Positions 18,617 to 28,367 of a stretch of 64,000 bases of DNA are shown here, piece by piece. Each line of letters starts with the position of its first letter. Position 1 is the first letter of the stretch. This stretch comes from Paludibacteraceae bacterium (lineage in GTDB: Bacteria > Bacteroidota > Bacteroidia > Bacteroidales > Paludibacteraceae), in NCBI GenBank assembly GCA_036734385.1, contig DAIMYQ010000004.1, positions 24,375 through 88,374 on the forward strand. Direction: 5' to 3'. The notes beneath the pieces are model-generated. The model worked only from the letters and a program-made list of their open reading frames with translations. It ran no database searches and was not told the DNA's origin. The position numbers and the translations under genes were made by a program.

Positions 18617-18973
18617 TTACTGTTTTGCCACAAAAATTACACCAATCATAATGAGGACAACACCTATCCAACGTGTAGAGGGAATGCTTTCATTAAAAAC
18701 GACTATGGAAGCAACCATTCCAAAAATATAACTGATACTTATCATCGGATAAGCCATACTGAAGTCAAAATGTTTAAGAATATACATCCACAAAATGGTT
18801 GCAATGATTACGCTGACTCCCGAACAAGCTAACTGCCAATTTACCAATAATCTCTTGAAAAAATCAACAGAGAAATGAAAAGCTCCCATCTGAACAACGG
18901 CCAGTTTTAAAAAAATCTGAGTTATTACTAGAAAAAAACATTGTATGGTTGAAAGCAACAATAATCTTAACAT
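18617..18973 (-). CDS. Small 4-TM EamA/SMR-like membrane protein (ArnE/ArnF-like)
   Basis: 118 aa with four hydrophobic helices. The AYPMISISYIF...W.G..LI..GV pattern resembles ArnE-type lipid-linked sugar flippase subunits. Confidence 0.55.
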   Translation of the reverse strand: MLRLLLLSTIQCFFLVITQIFLKLAVVQMGAFHFSVDFFKRLLVNWQLACSGVSVIIATILWMYILKHFDFSMAYPMISISYIFGMVASIVVFNESIPSTRWIGVVLIMIGVIFVAKQ

Positions 18974-20034
18974 GCTGATAATAGTACTAGTGAATGATCC
19001 TTGTTTTGAAAATGATTATATAACAAAATGTGTTTTATTTCTTTTTTTGTTTTGCCGGAAAGTATCATATGTGCCGGCATTTCTCCCTTTTGTATACAGC
19101 AGGCAGCGGATAGTAAACCATACGATGATGCCGTATAATATTGACCGCATAATTGCTTGTAGTATCCAATGGAATCAGCACTAAATAAACTTCCAAGCAC
19201 CTGTGAATATATTGTATCATTTTCTTTGTCGCCATTCATACCCGTGAGACATACATCTATATCCGAAAGTTGTAGTTGACATTCGTTCAAGAAGTTTTTG
19301 ATTTTTTCTTCTACAGATATAGTGGGTTTATAAAACAAATCGAAACCTACTAATTTGGCGTAAGATTTTTCCGATTTTTTGTCCGAAAACAATAAACTAA
19401 CACTCCCTTCTCCCGCAAATGAACCTGTAGAATTATTTTGTTTTAGAATTTCCAGGGTGTTTTTTACCTCTTTTTTCCAATAGTCGATACGTCCCAAAAT
19501 AATAAAATAATTGGGTGTCATTTCGTCATTTCCAGTCACAAGAGCCGAATGTATCTCTTTTTTTTTGAACAATAAAAGAGCGTCCATTAAGGCATTTTCA
19601 AAAGAAACCCCTCGATGTATATATGTGTTATTGTAACCGTTACAACTTAAATTGATAGCTATTTGTGAGCTGATGGTGTTATGTGTTGATTGAATAAAAT
19701 AGGTCGGTTGCAAGAATTTTTCTTCGTTGCGAATTAGTGCGTCGAGAAATTTTTCGGTGTCTTCCACACAACCCAAGCCTGTCCCTGTAATAATGGCGTC
19801 AGGTTTTTTAATTCCTGATTCTGCAATGGCTTGTTTTGCCGATACGATAGCCCTTTTTATGATTTTACTCATTCTTCGAGATACAATCGGATCGAAATAT
19901 TCTTTATAATTTGGTTCAATACAACGGATATGGGGTTGGCTATATGCAATGGGAAAAAAGATGCCATTCTTGGAAAGTGGTTCCTGAATAGAAATATTTC
20001 CTGTTCCATTTATGTAAATATCTTCTAATCTCAT
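18967..20034 (-). CDS. Ketosynthase-fold partner lacking the catalytic triad (chain-length-factor-like)
   Basis: Thiolase-fold length (355 aa). The Cys position reads QSTHNTISSQ, and the His motifs are replaced (TGMNGDKEND, CGQYYTASSYG). Confidence 0.7.
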   Translation of the reverse strand: MRLEDIYINGTGNISIQEPLSKNGIFFPIAYSQPHIRCIEPNYKEYFDPIVSRRMSKIIKRAIVSAKQAIAESGIKKPDAIITGTGLGCVEDTEKFLDALIRNEEKFLQPTYFIQSTHNTISSQIAINLSCNGYNNTYIHRGVSFENALMDALLLFKKKEIHSALVTGNDEMTPNYFIILGRIDYWKKEVKNTLEILKQNNSTGSFAGEGSVSLLFSDKKSEKSYAKLVGFDLFYKPTISVEEKIKNFLNECQLQLSDIDVCLTGMNGDKENDTIYSQVLGSLFSADSIGYYKQLCGQYYTASSYGLLSAACCIQKGEMPAHMILSGKTKKEIKHILLYNHFQNKDHSLVLLSAC

Positions 20035-20038
20035 TACT

Positions 20039-21232
20039 TTATATTTTTGAAAAAACTAATGATGTGTTATTCCCTCCGAATCCAAATGAGTTGGAAAGAA
20101 TATGTTGTAAATTTATATTTTCAATTACATCTAACACAGGAGTAAAAGGAATATTTTCCATTTGGTGTTTGAAATTTAGGTTAGCCGGAATGAAATTTTG
20201 TTGCATGGCAATGATTGAAATCACGGCTTCTATACTACCCGAAGCACTTGTGGTATGTCCGGTATATGCCTTTGTCGAACTTACTTTTGGCGGATTATTT
20301 CCAAATACTCGCAAAATAGCCTGACTTTCAGACTCATCGTTATTTGGAGTTCCTGTTCCGTGTGCATTAATGTAGTCGATATCAACAGGTTGTAATTCGC
20401 TCATTTTAATGGCAGCATTCATTGCCAAATAGGCTCCTTGTCCATCCGGAGAAGATGCTGTTTGGTGAAATGCATCGCATGCATTTCCATATCCTGATAA
20501 TTTACACAATGGTTTTGCTTTTCGTTCGTTCATTACTTTTTTTGATTCCAAAACCAGAAAAGCAGCTCCTTCACCTAAATTTAAACCCGCACGTGTTTGG
20601 TCGAATGGACGACAAGGCTCACTATCTAAAATTAGTAAGGTTTTGAACCCATTTAAGTGAAACTTGGTAATACATTCACTACCTCCAACAATAGCAATGT
20701 CAACAATGCCCGTCTCTATTAAATTTGCTCCCAAGATAAAAGCGTTTGCTGCTGATGAACAAGCTGTAGAAGGTGTTGACACATAGCTAAACCCGCCGAA
20801 GAAATCGGCAATTTTTTCGGTACAAGCACCACAGTCATGACCTTCAATATATTCGTTGCGAGTGTCATTGGCAAGAAAATCAAAATAATATAGCTCACTT
20901 TTTTCCATACCACCAACAGTCGTTCCGTTTATAAAAGCGAGTTTATATGTTCCGTCAAGAGGTAGTTTTGCCTGAGCAATAGCTTCACGTGTTGCGAGCA
21001 TAGCCATAAGAGCTGTTCGGTTTACATTTTCACACTCTTTTATGCCCAACATTTGCTTCATTTGTGTTTCGGATAAATTTACCTCGGCACAAGGAAGGTC
21101 ATGAATGGTATTCAGATACTTAATTTTACCGATTCCTGATTTTTTATGTCGTAATGATGTAGCTGTTTCTTCAATACCGACTCCGATACCGGAAACAATA
21201 CCCAACCCTGTAATAAATATATCTAGAGCCAT
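20039..21232 (-). CDS. Beta-ketoacyl-ACP synthase (FabF/FabB-like), catalytically complete
   Basis: Active-site Cys in PSTACSSAANA. His motifs are INAHGTGTPNND and YTGHTTSASG. Confidence 0.9.
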   Translation of the reverse strand: MALDIFITGLGIVSGIGVGIEETATSLRHKKSGIGKIKYLNTIHDLPCAEVNLSETQMKQMLGIKECENVNRTALMAMLATREAIAQAKLPLDGTYKLAFINGTTVGGMEKSELYYFDFLANDTRNEYIEGHDCGACTEKIADFFGGFSYVSTPSTACSSAANAFILGANLIETGIVDIAIVGGSECITKFHLNGFKTLLILDSEPCRPFDQTRAGLNLGEGAAFLVLESKKVMNERKAKPLCKLSGYGNACDAFHQTASSPDGQGAYLAMNAAIKMSELQPVDIDYINAHGTGTPNNDESESQAILRVFGNNPPKVSSTKAYTGHTTSASGSIEAVISIIAMQQNFIPANLNFKHQMENIPFTPVLDVIENINLQHILSNSFGFGGNNTSLVFSKI

Positions 21233-21250
21233 AATTTTTTAAGGCTCAAA

Positions 21251-21508
21251 TTAAATAGTACGATGTTTACTGATGTAGTCAGCCATACAATTGATTGACT
21301 TAAATATTTCTTTTCCCTGATTGGCATCTTGCAATTTTATTCCATAATTTTTTTCCATTAATACGATTAGTTCAAGTGCATCAATAGAATCTAACCCTAA
21401 ACCTTCTCCAAATAAAGGGGCATCGTTATCAATATCATCAGGGGTAATTTCTTCTAAGTTCAATACTTCGATAATTTCGCGTTTTAATTGTGCAATTAGT
21501 TGTTCCAT
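21251..21508 (-). CDS. Acyl carrier protein
   Basis: 85 aa with the LGLDSIDALELI phosphopantetheine Ser motif. Confidence 0.9.
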   Translation of the reverse strand: MEQLIAQLKREIIEVLNLEEITPDDIDNDAPLFGEGLGLDSIDALELIVLMEKNYGIKLQDANQGKEIFKSINCMADYISKHRTI

Positions 21509-21514
21509 AGTTAT

Positions 21515-22126
21515 TTATGATTTATATAATTTATGAATTATTTCTTGTGTGAAATTTATTGTTCCTTTTTTCTTTTCTACTAACATTAAAAAAGCTTCAC
21601 AATGTTGGTCAAAAAGTTCAACCCAGCCCACGATTGCACTTTCCATGTCTTTTTCGACAAATACTTGATTAACATAGTCACGTACAAATCTATCATTAAA
21701 TTCTTGACTTACAAAAAAAGTATTTTCTCCGAATATTTTATGCTTGATGGCAATTTCTCCCATCACAATATTCGGAAGTGTATAAACAAAAACCGATGGA
21801 CTGGGAAAATATTCTTTGCCGATTGTTTTCTGAAAGGCAATGTCAGTATCAAGAGAAGAGGAATTGTTAGATAAAAAGATGCCCATAGTTTGTTTTAGAC
21901 TATCTCCATAAAAGGCGGTGCCTTTTAAAAGCAAGTCAGCAGCTAAAAATCCTGTTTTAGCCAAATAATCCATTTTGAAAAATTTGGGGTATCCGATTTG
22001 TTCATGGCGGTACAATGCTGTTAAAAATTCCGTAGCCGAAAGTTCAGAATTAGCAAAAACAACCTCCCCATTTACTGAGAAACAGTTGTTTTTTATACTA
22101 CAATATTTGCTGATGCACAAATTCAT
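21515..22126 (-). CDS. Small ketosynthase-N-terminal-like partner protein (203 aa, no active-site Cys)
   Basis: Its size, and its position directly downstream of and abutting a complete KS, match the short KS-partner proteins of aryl-polyene clusters. No Cys-His-His motifs were seen. Confidence 0.5.
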   Translation of the reverse strand: MNLCISKYCSIKNNCFSVNGEVVFANSELSATEFLTALYRHEQIGYPKFFKMDYLAKTGFLAADLLLKGTAFYGDSLKQTMGIFLSNNSSSLDTDIAFQKTIGKEYFPSPSVFVYTLPNIVMGEIAIKHKIFGENTFFVSQEFNDRFVRDYVNQVFVEKDMESAIVGWVELFDQHCEAFLMLVEKKKGTINFTQEIIHKLYKS

Positions 22127-23269
22127 TTAACTTATTTTTTTAAGCATACATACTGCATTGCAACCACCAAATCCGGAGACCATTTTAATACAACGGGTTA
22201 TCTCTTTTGTTTTTGTTTCTGTAATTATATGTAATGGATGACTAACGCCGCATGTTTCGTATCCTAAACTTTTGATGATTGTGTTTTGCCTTAAAGATTC
22301 TGCAGAGATGATTAATTCCAATAATCCTGCAGCACCAAGTGTGTGTCCAAAATATCCTTTTAAGCTTTGTACCGGAATTTCCGTCATGCCCATTCTCCAA
22401 AGGGCTATTGATTCCATTTCGTCGTTATAAGGAGTGGCTGTTCCATGAGCATTTACAAATCCTATTTCCTCCGCTTTTCTACCTTTCATTACAGATTGCA
22501 ACGCTAAAAATAACCCTTCTCCTGTTCGCGATGGACCTGAAATATGGTTGGCATCATTGGAAATAGCTTCATTTTCAATAGTAATGGTTCCTTTGGGGAG
22601 ACAGTTTCCTTTATCATTGATTTTCAATATTATAGTAGCAGCTCCCTCACCTAGATTTAGACCTACACGGTTTGCGTCAAAGGGTTTACACGCTTTTTGC
22701 GATAACGCTTTAAAGGATTGAAATCCTGATATAATAAATTTCGAAATAATGTCTGCTCCTACCACAATAACAGTATCGTAATTGCCTGATGTCAGCATTC
22801 TTTTAGCAACAATTGTCGCAGAAATACCTGAAATACATGCATTAGAAACAATAATAGGAGTATTAGGGTTTTTAAAATAGTTCGCAATAACTTGAGCTGA
22901 ATGCCATAAATAGGCTTGTTCATTGTTTGTGTCTTGTTCCAAGAAAGCAATATTTCCCTTTGTCGTAGAAAGAATGAAAAGTGTTCTAGAATCAGTTGTG
23001 TTTACGAGTGAGTTTTTTATTGCATTATGAACCGAAAGAATAGCCAGTTTTTCAAATCGAGAACATTCCAAATTTGATATAAGTGCAAATTGTGCATTCA
23101 ATTTTTCGGCGTCTATTCGTGAAGCATAAAAGCCTTCGGGAACATCTAATGTATTTTCTTTATAATAATGTAAGCCTGACTTTCCGGATACAACGGCACA
23201 CATATTTTCCTCAGTAGTAAAACCAAGAGAAGAAATAATATTGTTTGATTGTATATAAACTGTCGACAT
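22127..23269 (-). CDS. Beta-ketoacyl-ACP synthase, catalytically complete
   Basis: VSNACISGISA (Cys), VNAHGTATPYND and YFGHTLGAAG (His, His). Confidence 0.87.
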   Translation of the reverse strand: MSTVYIQSNNIISSLGFTTEENMCAVVSGKSGLHYYKENTLDVPEGFYASRIDAEKLNAQFALISNLECSRFEKLAILSVHNAIKNSLVNTTDSRTLFILSTTKGNIAFLEQDTNNEQAYLWHSAQVIANYFKNPNTPIIVSNACISGISATIVAKRMLTSGNYDTVIVVGADIISKFIISGFQSFKALSQKACKPFDANRVGLNLGEGAATIILKINDKGNCLPKGTITIENEAISNDANHISGPSRTGEGLFLALQSVMKGRKAEEIGFVNAHGTATPYNDEMESIALWRMGMTEIPVQSLKGYFGHTLGAAGLLELIISAESLRQNTIIKSLGYETCGVSHPLHIITETKTKEITRCIKMVSGFGGCNAVCMLKKIS

Positions 23270-23275
23270 GGGTAA

Positions 23276-23695
23276 TTATAAAAGTCCGTTATCCTTTTTC
23301 CAATTTTCGTAAAATTCGGGATTATTCCATACCAAGACATAATCTTTGTCTAGAAAAACTTGAATGCTTTTTCCTGTTGCAATTAATGATTTATCTTTTG
23401 AATTGAAGATTTTATACTCAAAACAAAGTTTGGCGGCTTTGGTTTCTTTATAATGAATTTCAACAATAGCTTTGTCGCCATAGACGAGAGGCTTTTTGTA
23501 GCTAAAATCCAGATTGACAAGTGGGGCATAATAGCCCTCTCCAAAAATTTTTAGATAGCCGAGATTGTATTTCTTGCCAAATTCCTCGCGTGCGTCTTCA
23601 AAATATTTTGCATAAGAACCATGCCATACAATTCCCATGGAATCCACTTCGCTAAAACGTACTTCTATTTCTTTACTTGCAAAAAGATTTTTCAT
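23276..23695 (-). CDS. 4HBT/YbgC-type hotdog acyl thioesterase
   Basis: 139 aa with RFSEVDSMGIVWHGSYAKYFEDAREEF, typical of 4-hydroxybenzoyl-CoA-thioesterase-fold enzymes. Confidence 0.75.
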   Translation of the reverse strand: MKNLFASKEIEVRFSEVDSMGIVWHGSYAKYFEDAREEFGKKYNLGYLKIFGEGYYAPLVNLDFSYKKPLVYGDKAIVEIHYKETKAAKLCFEYKIFNSKDKSLIATGKSIQVFLDKDYVLVWNNPEFYENWKKDNGLL

Positions 23696-24111
23696 TGTAA
23701 CGATATTTTCATTTCACATTCGGCAACTTTTTCTTCGTCAATGGTAACCGCCGCATTAATCAATGTAATATTAAAAACTTCACTTTGTATATTTATCTGA
23801 GTGACCATTTTTTCTCCTATTTTTGGCAAGCGATAAATGCTCAGGTTTTTGATAGATCCTATAAATCCGATTCGTACTTTGCCGGAATTGGCTACCTTGT
23901 TGATGTATCCCATTCGGGCGGCACAAGTTTGTGCTATGTTCTCGATTATTCCCGATTCAATTAGTTGCCCGTCTTTCGAAAATATATTGTCTGCCAACAC
24001 TTTAAAATCTGTTTTTGTCATTGTATCGTCACATTCTAATAATCTGTCAATCATTACAAAAGGACGTTGTTGAGGTAAAAGTGTTTGTATGTCTATCTTT
24101 GAAATCTCCAT
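23692..24111 (-). CDS. Hotdog-fold dehydratase-like protein (FabZ/ApeI-like)
   Basis: 139 aa with LLPQQRPFVMIDRL, resembling the LPHRxPFLLVD motif of FabZ-type proteins. ATGA overlap with the thioesterase gene. Confidence 0.65.
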   Translation of the reverse strand: MEISKIDIQTLLPQQRPFVMIDRLLECDDTMTKTDFKVLADNIFSKDGQLIESGIIENIAQTCAARMGYINKVANSGKVRIGFIGSIKNLSIYRLPKIGEKMVTQINIQSEVFNITLINAAVTIDEEKVAECEMKISLQ

Positions 24112-24117
24112 GCAATA

Positions 24118-25185
24118 TTATTTAGGCACACACTTCAATACAGTATGACTTACGCCAATTTTATCATAGGTTTGTTCTACTTTTAATCCTGCTTTTTCAA
24201 TCAGATTGAGCATGTCTTGCGTGTGATACATCTGACTACAACCGTTGGCAATACAAGTAAAATATAAACTTGTTGCTACTAAGCTATAGCGTCCGGCATC
24301 GGTTCGTTGATTGTCCCAAAATGTTTCCATGATGTACACCGCACCATTTTTATTAATCGCAGACTTTGCTTTTTTCAATAATTCAATAATATCTTCTTGT
24401 GAAAAACAGTCAAGAAACTGACTCATCCATACAATATCATATCCTGTTGGGTAAGCCTTTGAGTGGTCAAGTAAATTAATAGGATAGCCATCTATTCTAT
24501 CCATAAATCCGTGAGCTTCAATATTTTTGTAGGCATCTGCCAATTGACCGGGTAGGTCAAGAATAGTAACCTTAACATCTTTGTTAAATTCAGCACATTT
24601 GATAGAAAATTTGCCGGTGTTACCCCCTACATCCATAATTCTTTTAGGATTTGACTCGAACAAAATGGGTAAGACAATGGGGAATGATTCGTCAGAATAA
24701 TAATGGTCAAAGCCAAACCAGCTTTTGCGTACCTGTTCAGGCAGTTCTGATAGGGCTTCGTATACCGTACTCCAATTTCCAAATACTTTTAAGCCTTCAG
24801 GTTTGCCTGTCTTGACAGCTTCTTCCAGTTTAAAGAACCCAAGGTAATTAACGTCTTGTGTAAAGTCCATATTTACCTTTGTAAGATCGTCGGTTAATAC
24901 AAACCAACCTGTTTTAGTAATAAAAAATTTATGTTCTTTTGCATAAACCATTTCAAGGCTTAATCCTGCCTCTAGGAGAACTTTAACGCCATATACAGAA
25001 AGATTTAATTCTTTCGCAACTTCTTCAATAGTTATCCCTTCTTTATGGTCTTTTAGACATTCTAAAATACCTAAATCTCTCAACGACCGTGCGGCTTGAA
25101 ACATAATGGGGGCAAATGCAATTTTTTGAGCATCGAACTGTGCTTGAAAGGCTGATTTTTTATCATCACCAAAATTGTATGGCAT
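24118..25185 (-). CDS. SAM-dependent methyltransferase (O-methyltransferase family 2-like, with an N-terminal winged-helix/dimerisation domain)
   Basis: RIMDVGGNTGKFS (motif I) followed by VTILDLPGQL. Confidence 0.8.
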   Translation of the reverse strand: MPYNFGDDKKSAFQAQFDAQKIAFAPIMFQAARSLRDLGILECLKDHKEGITIEEVAKELNLSVYGVKVLLEAGLSLEMVYAKEHKFFITKTGWFVLTDDLTKVNMDFTQDVNYLGFFKLEEAVKTGKPEGLKVFGNWSTVYEALSELPEQVRKSWFGFDHYYSDESFPIVLPILFESNPKRIMDVGGNTGKFSIKCAEFNKDVKVTILDLPGQLADAYKNIEAHGFMDRIDGYPINLLDHSKAYPTGYDIVWMSQFLDCFSQEDIIELLKKAKSAINKNGAVYIMETFWDNQRTDAGRYSLVATSLYFTCIANGCSQMYHTQDMLNLIEKAGLKVEQTYDKIGVSHTVLKCVPK

Positions 25186-25212
25186 ATACTTTATAGTTAC
25201 TAATGATTAATC

Positions 25213-26133
25213 TTATATGGTTGTTTTTGGAGTATCCGTTTGCCAAAAGTCGTAAAAGTTATACCATTGTAAAGGGTACAATTGTAAAATGCCTTCGAGT
25301 TTGGAAGTGTATTCTCGCATAAGCAATTCTACTTGTTGTTGTTTAGAATGGGTTTCCAAATTTTCTACTTCTAAGGGACGTACATAGCATTTGTATTTCT
25401 TAAATCCGTTTTGCATCACAAACATTGAAATCATAGGGACTTGTAATTTGACAGCCAATTGGAATGCACTGGTAGGAAAGTTTGCAGGAGCACCGAAAAA
25501 TGTCATGGATAAATTTTTAGAACCTTCGTACACTCTGTCTCCTGCCATGCTGACCAAATCAGCGTTTTTTAAGGCATTGTTTATTGCAAAAATGTGTGAG
25601 AATGAGTCAATTACGGGAATCATGCACACGTTATTTTTTGCTAAAATTCGAGCTCTTTGTTTTTGCATTTCTGCTGATTCTCCACCAAAAACAATTACAT
25701 ATAATTGTTTTATTTTCTGGGTAAGAAAATATCCCACAATCTCAGCACTCCCAATATGCGAATTTAGAATAATTGCCCCTTTTTCAGCATTGGCAACAAT
25801 TTTGTCATAATATTCTTGTCCGTCTACTTCAACTGTATATTCATTCTTTCTTCCGGCAAAAAGGGCGAATTTATCAATAAGAGTTTTACCAAATAAAAAA
25901 TGATTTTTGTAAGTGCTTATAATAGCTTTGCTTTTAGAATATTGTTGTCTTTTTCTAAAATATTGATAAATAGTATTAGTTGCTTTGTAATTAATTGCCA
26001 GGTAAAACAATATTACGACACTTACAATTGCGTAACTTAACCTAATACTCCCATATTTGAAATAAAGGAAGAGGCATTTCTGACCAAAATTTCCTCCATC
26101 GGTTTTTCCTTGCCATTCTTTATTTCTTGCCAC
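25213..26133 (-). CDS. LpxL/HtrB-like lysophospholipid (lipid A-type) acyltransferase family protein
   Basis: N-terminal TM (AIVSVVILFYLAI) and an NSHIGSAEI HX4E-type motif. 306 aa. Confidence 0.65.
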   Translation of the reverse strand: MARNKEWQGKTDGGNFGQKCLFLYFKYGSIRLSYAIVSVVILFYLAINYKATNTIYQYFRKRQQYSKSKAIISTYKNHFLFGKTLIDKFALFAGRKNEYTVEVDGQEYYDKIVANAEKGAIILNSHIGSAEIVGYFLTQKIKQLYVIVFGGESAEMQKQRARILAKNNVCMIPVIDSFSHIFAINNALKNADLVSMAGDRVYEGSKNLSMTFFGAPANFPTSAFQLAVKLQVPMISMFVMQNGFKKYKCYVRPLEVENLETHSKQQQVELLMREYTSKLEGILQLYPLQWYNFYDFWQTDTPKTTI

Positions 26134-26384
26134 TATGCGTTTACCTTTTTTTCTATATAATCATAGAAAGCACCAAGCGTGGTTACCCCCGCCATTTCTT
26201 CGGCCTTAATTTTAAATCCGAAATTCTTTTCTACAATTACAACGATGTCGACGAAGTCAAGACTGTCAATGCCTAAGTCTTCTTTTAGTTTTGCGTTACT
26301 ACAAATGACCGCAGGATCAACTTCAATTTCTTCTACTAAAAAACCGTTGGTAATCCGTTCAATTTCTTCTCTTGTCATTGCCAT
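26133..26384 (-). CDS. Acyl carrier protein
   Basis: 83 aa with the LGIDSLDFVDIV Ser motif. Confidence 0.9.
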   Translation of the reverse strand: MAMTREEIERITNGFLVEEIEVDPAVICSNAKLKEDLGIDSLDFVDIVVIVEKNFGFKIKAEEMAGVTTLGAFYDYIEKKVNA

Positions 26385-26407
26385 ATTTGTCTGTTATTTT
26401 TAATGAT

Positions 26408-27628
26408 TTATTTAATTTTCTTGACGATTAGGGCACTATTAGTTCCTCCAAATCCGAATGAATTTGATAGAAAAACATCCATGTTTTTAGCAATCGTTTG
26501 AGGAATAATATTCAGTTTTGCAGAGTTTTCATCTGGCGTTTCAAAATTAATATTTGGTGCAATAAATGAGTTTTGCATCATTAAAGTAGAATAAATAATT
26601 TCGCTTGCACCTGCCATCCAGCATTCATGTCCAGTCATTGATTTGGTCGAGCTTACAGGTGTTTTATATTCTCCAAATAAAGAATTAATCGCGATAGCTT
26701 CATACATATCTCCCAACGGCGTAGAAGTGGCATGAGCATTAATATAATCAATTTCTTTTGCAGCTAATCCGGCATCTTTCAGTGCTCTCGACATGGCAAT
26801 ATATGACCCCTCGTTGCTTGGTTGTGAAATATGTCCACCATTAGAAGAAAATCCGTATCCACATACTTCTGCAATTATGTTTGCTCCACGTTTTATTGCG
26901 TGATCGTAATCTTCCAATATCAAACTAGCAGCACCACCACTGGGAACTAAACCATCTCTGTTTGCATCGAATGGGCGAGAAGCTTTTGTGGGGTCATCGG
27001 TTTTAATGGAAAACGCACTCAAAGCATCAAAACTGCCCATGGATAGGTAGTTCGTTTCCTGAGCTCCTCCACATAAAATCATATCCTGCAAGCCGTTTTT
27101 TATAAAGAAGTAACCCAAACCTATTGAATGTGAACCACTTGCACAAGCAGCACTAATGGTCATATTTATCCCCTTTAGCTTGAATATAACCGATAAATTC
27201 ATGGTTACAGTGGAATTCATAGATTGAAAAATAGCTCCTGACCCCATCAATGTAGTGTCTTTTTTCTCAAGAACGATAGAGTGTGCTTCAATTACCGCTT
27301 TTGCTGAAGAATCGTTACCATAAAAAATCCCCACTTCATTATTCTCTAAATAATCCATGTCGATTTTGGCTTGTTCCATAGCTTCTCTTGTCGCGATATA
27401 GGCGTATTCTCCTTCTTCTGCCAATCCTATACGCATACGCCTGTCTAGTAATCCTTTTAAATTTGGGCGTTCTACTATTCCTGTAAGCGGAGAACGGTAG
27501 CCATATTCTGTTCGTATGGAATCAATACCAATACCGGATTTTCCCTTATATAACGAATCTTTAACTTCTTCTAAATTTTTACCGATACATGAATAAATTC
27601 CCATGCCTGTAATTACAACTCTTCCCAT
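26408..27628 (-). CDS. Beta-ketoacyl-ACP synthase (FabF-like), catalytically complete
   Basis: ISAACASGSHS (Cys), INAHATSTPLGD and MTGHECWMAGA (His, His). Confidence 0.9.
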   Translation of the reverse strand: MGRVVITGMGIYSCIGKNLEEVKDSLYKGKSGIGIDSIRTEYGYRSPLTGIVERPNLKGLLDRRMRIGLAEEGEYAYIATREAMEQAKIDMDYLENNEVGIFYGNDSSAKAVIEAHSIVLEKKDTTLMGSGAIFQSMNSTVTMNLSVIFKLKGINMTISAACASGSHSIGLGYFFIKNGLQDMILCGGAQETNYLSMGSFDALSAFSIKTDDPTKASRPFDANRDGLVPSGGAASLILEDYDHAIKRGANIIAEVCGYGFSSNGGHISQPSNEGSYIAMSRALKDAGLAAKEIDYINAHATSTPLGDMYEAIAINSLFGEYKTPVSSTKSMTGHECWMAGASEIIYSTLMMQNSFIAPNINFETPDENSAKLNIIPQTIAKNMDVFLSNSFGFGGTNSALIVKKIK

Positions 27629-27637
27629 AACATTAAA

Positions 27638-28366
27638 TTAAGTATACAATCCTCCATTAATAGAAATTACTTCACCTGTAATGTATGCTGAATTATCAGA
27701 TGCTAAAAAGGAAACCAATTTTGCCACTTCTTCCGCAGTACCAAAACGATTTACAGGAATCATTTCTTTCAGAGCTTTTTCGTCCAAATCTTGTGTCATG
27801 TCAGTAGCAATAAAACCGGGAGCAACGGCATTTACAGTAACTCCACGTTTGCCAACTTCTTGAGCTAATGACTTGGTAGCACCAATTAGTCCCGCTTTTG
27901 CAGCTGAGTAATTAGTTTGTCCGGGCAATCCTTTTATTCCTGATAAAGACGTTACGGTAATGATACGACCAAATCGTTTGGTCAACATATCTTTTAATAC
28001 TCTTCGAGTTACATAGAAAAATCCGTTCAAATGAGTTTTGAGGAGATCTTCCCATTGGTTATCTTTCATGAAAACCATCACGGCATCGTCTCGATAACCG
28101 GCATTATTCACTAAAACAGCCATGTAATCTTCAGTATGTTTTTCTTGCCATGTAACCATTGCATTATCAACATCTTCTACATTAGCAACGTCAAATCTCA
28201 ATATTTCGGCAGTTCCTCCAATTTTTTCAACTTCCGCTTTTGTTTCCAAAGCAGCATCTTCATTGGATAAATAATTAATAATAACGGGATAGCCCAAACG
28301 TGCCATTTCAATACAAATAGCTCGTCCAATTCCTCTTGAACCTCCCGTAACTAAAGCATATTTCAT
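27638..28366 (-). CDS. 3-oxoacyl-ACP reductase (FabG-type SDR)
   Basis: TGGSRGIGRAI, NNAG and YSAAKAG motifs. 242 aa. Confidence 0.92.
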   Translation of the reverse strand: MKYALVTGGSRGIGRAICIEMARLGYPVIINYLSNEDAALETKAEVEKIGGTAEILRFDVANVEDVDNAMVTWQEKHTEDYMAVLVNNAGYRDDAVMVFMKDNQWEDLLKTHLNGFFYVTRRVLKDMLTKRFGRIITVTSLSGIKGLPGQTNYSAAKAGLIGATKSLAQEVGKRGVTVNAVAPGFIATDMTQDLDEKALKEMIPVNRFGTAEEVAKLVSFLASDNSAYITGEVISINGGLYT

Positions 28367-28367
28367 T

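Noticed and set aside
25391-25810. 139-aa plus-strand ORF, plus many other 60-130-aa antisense ORFs (for example 8758-9051, 3475-3801, 17734-18066, 40360-40758, 46483-47062, 49045-49446)
   Set aside because: Each lies entirely inside a longer opposite-strand or same-locus gene that has clear family motifs. Their compositions are typical of shadow ORFs in AT-rich DNA.
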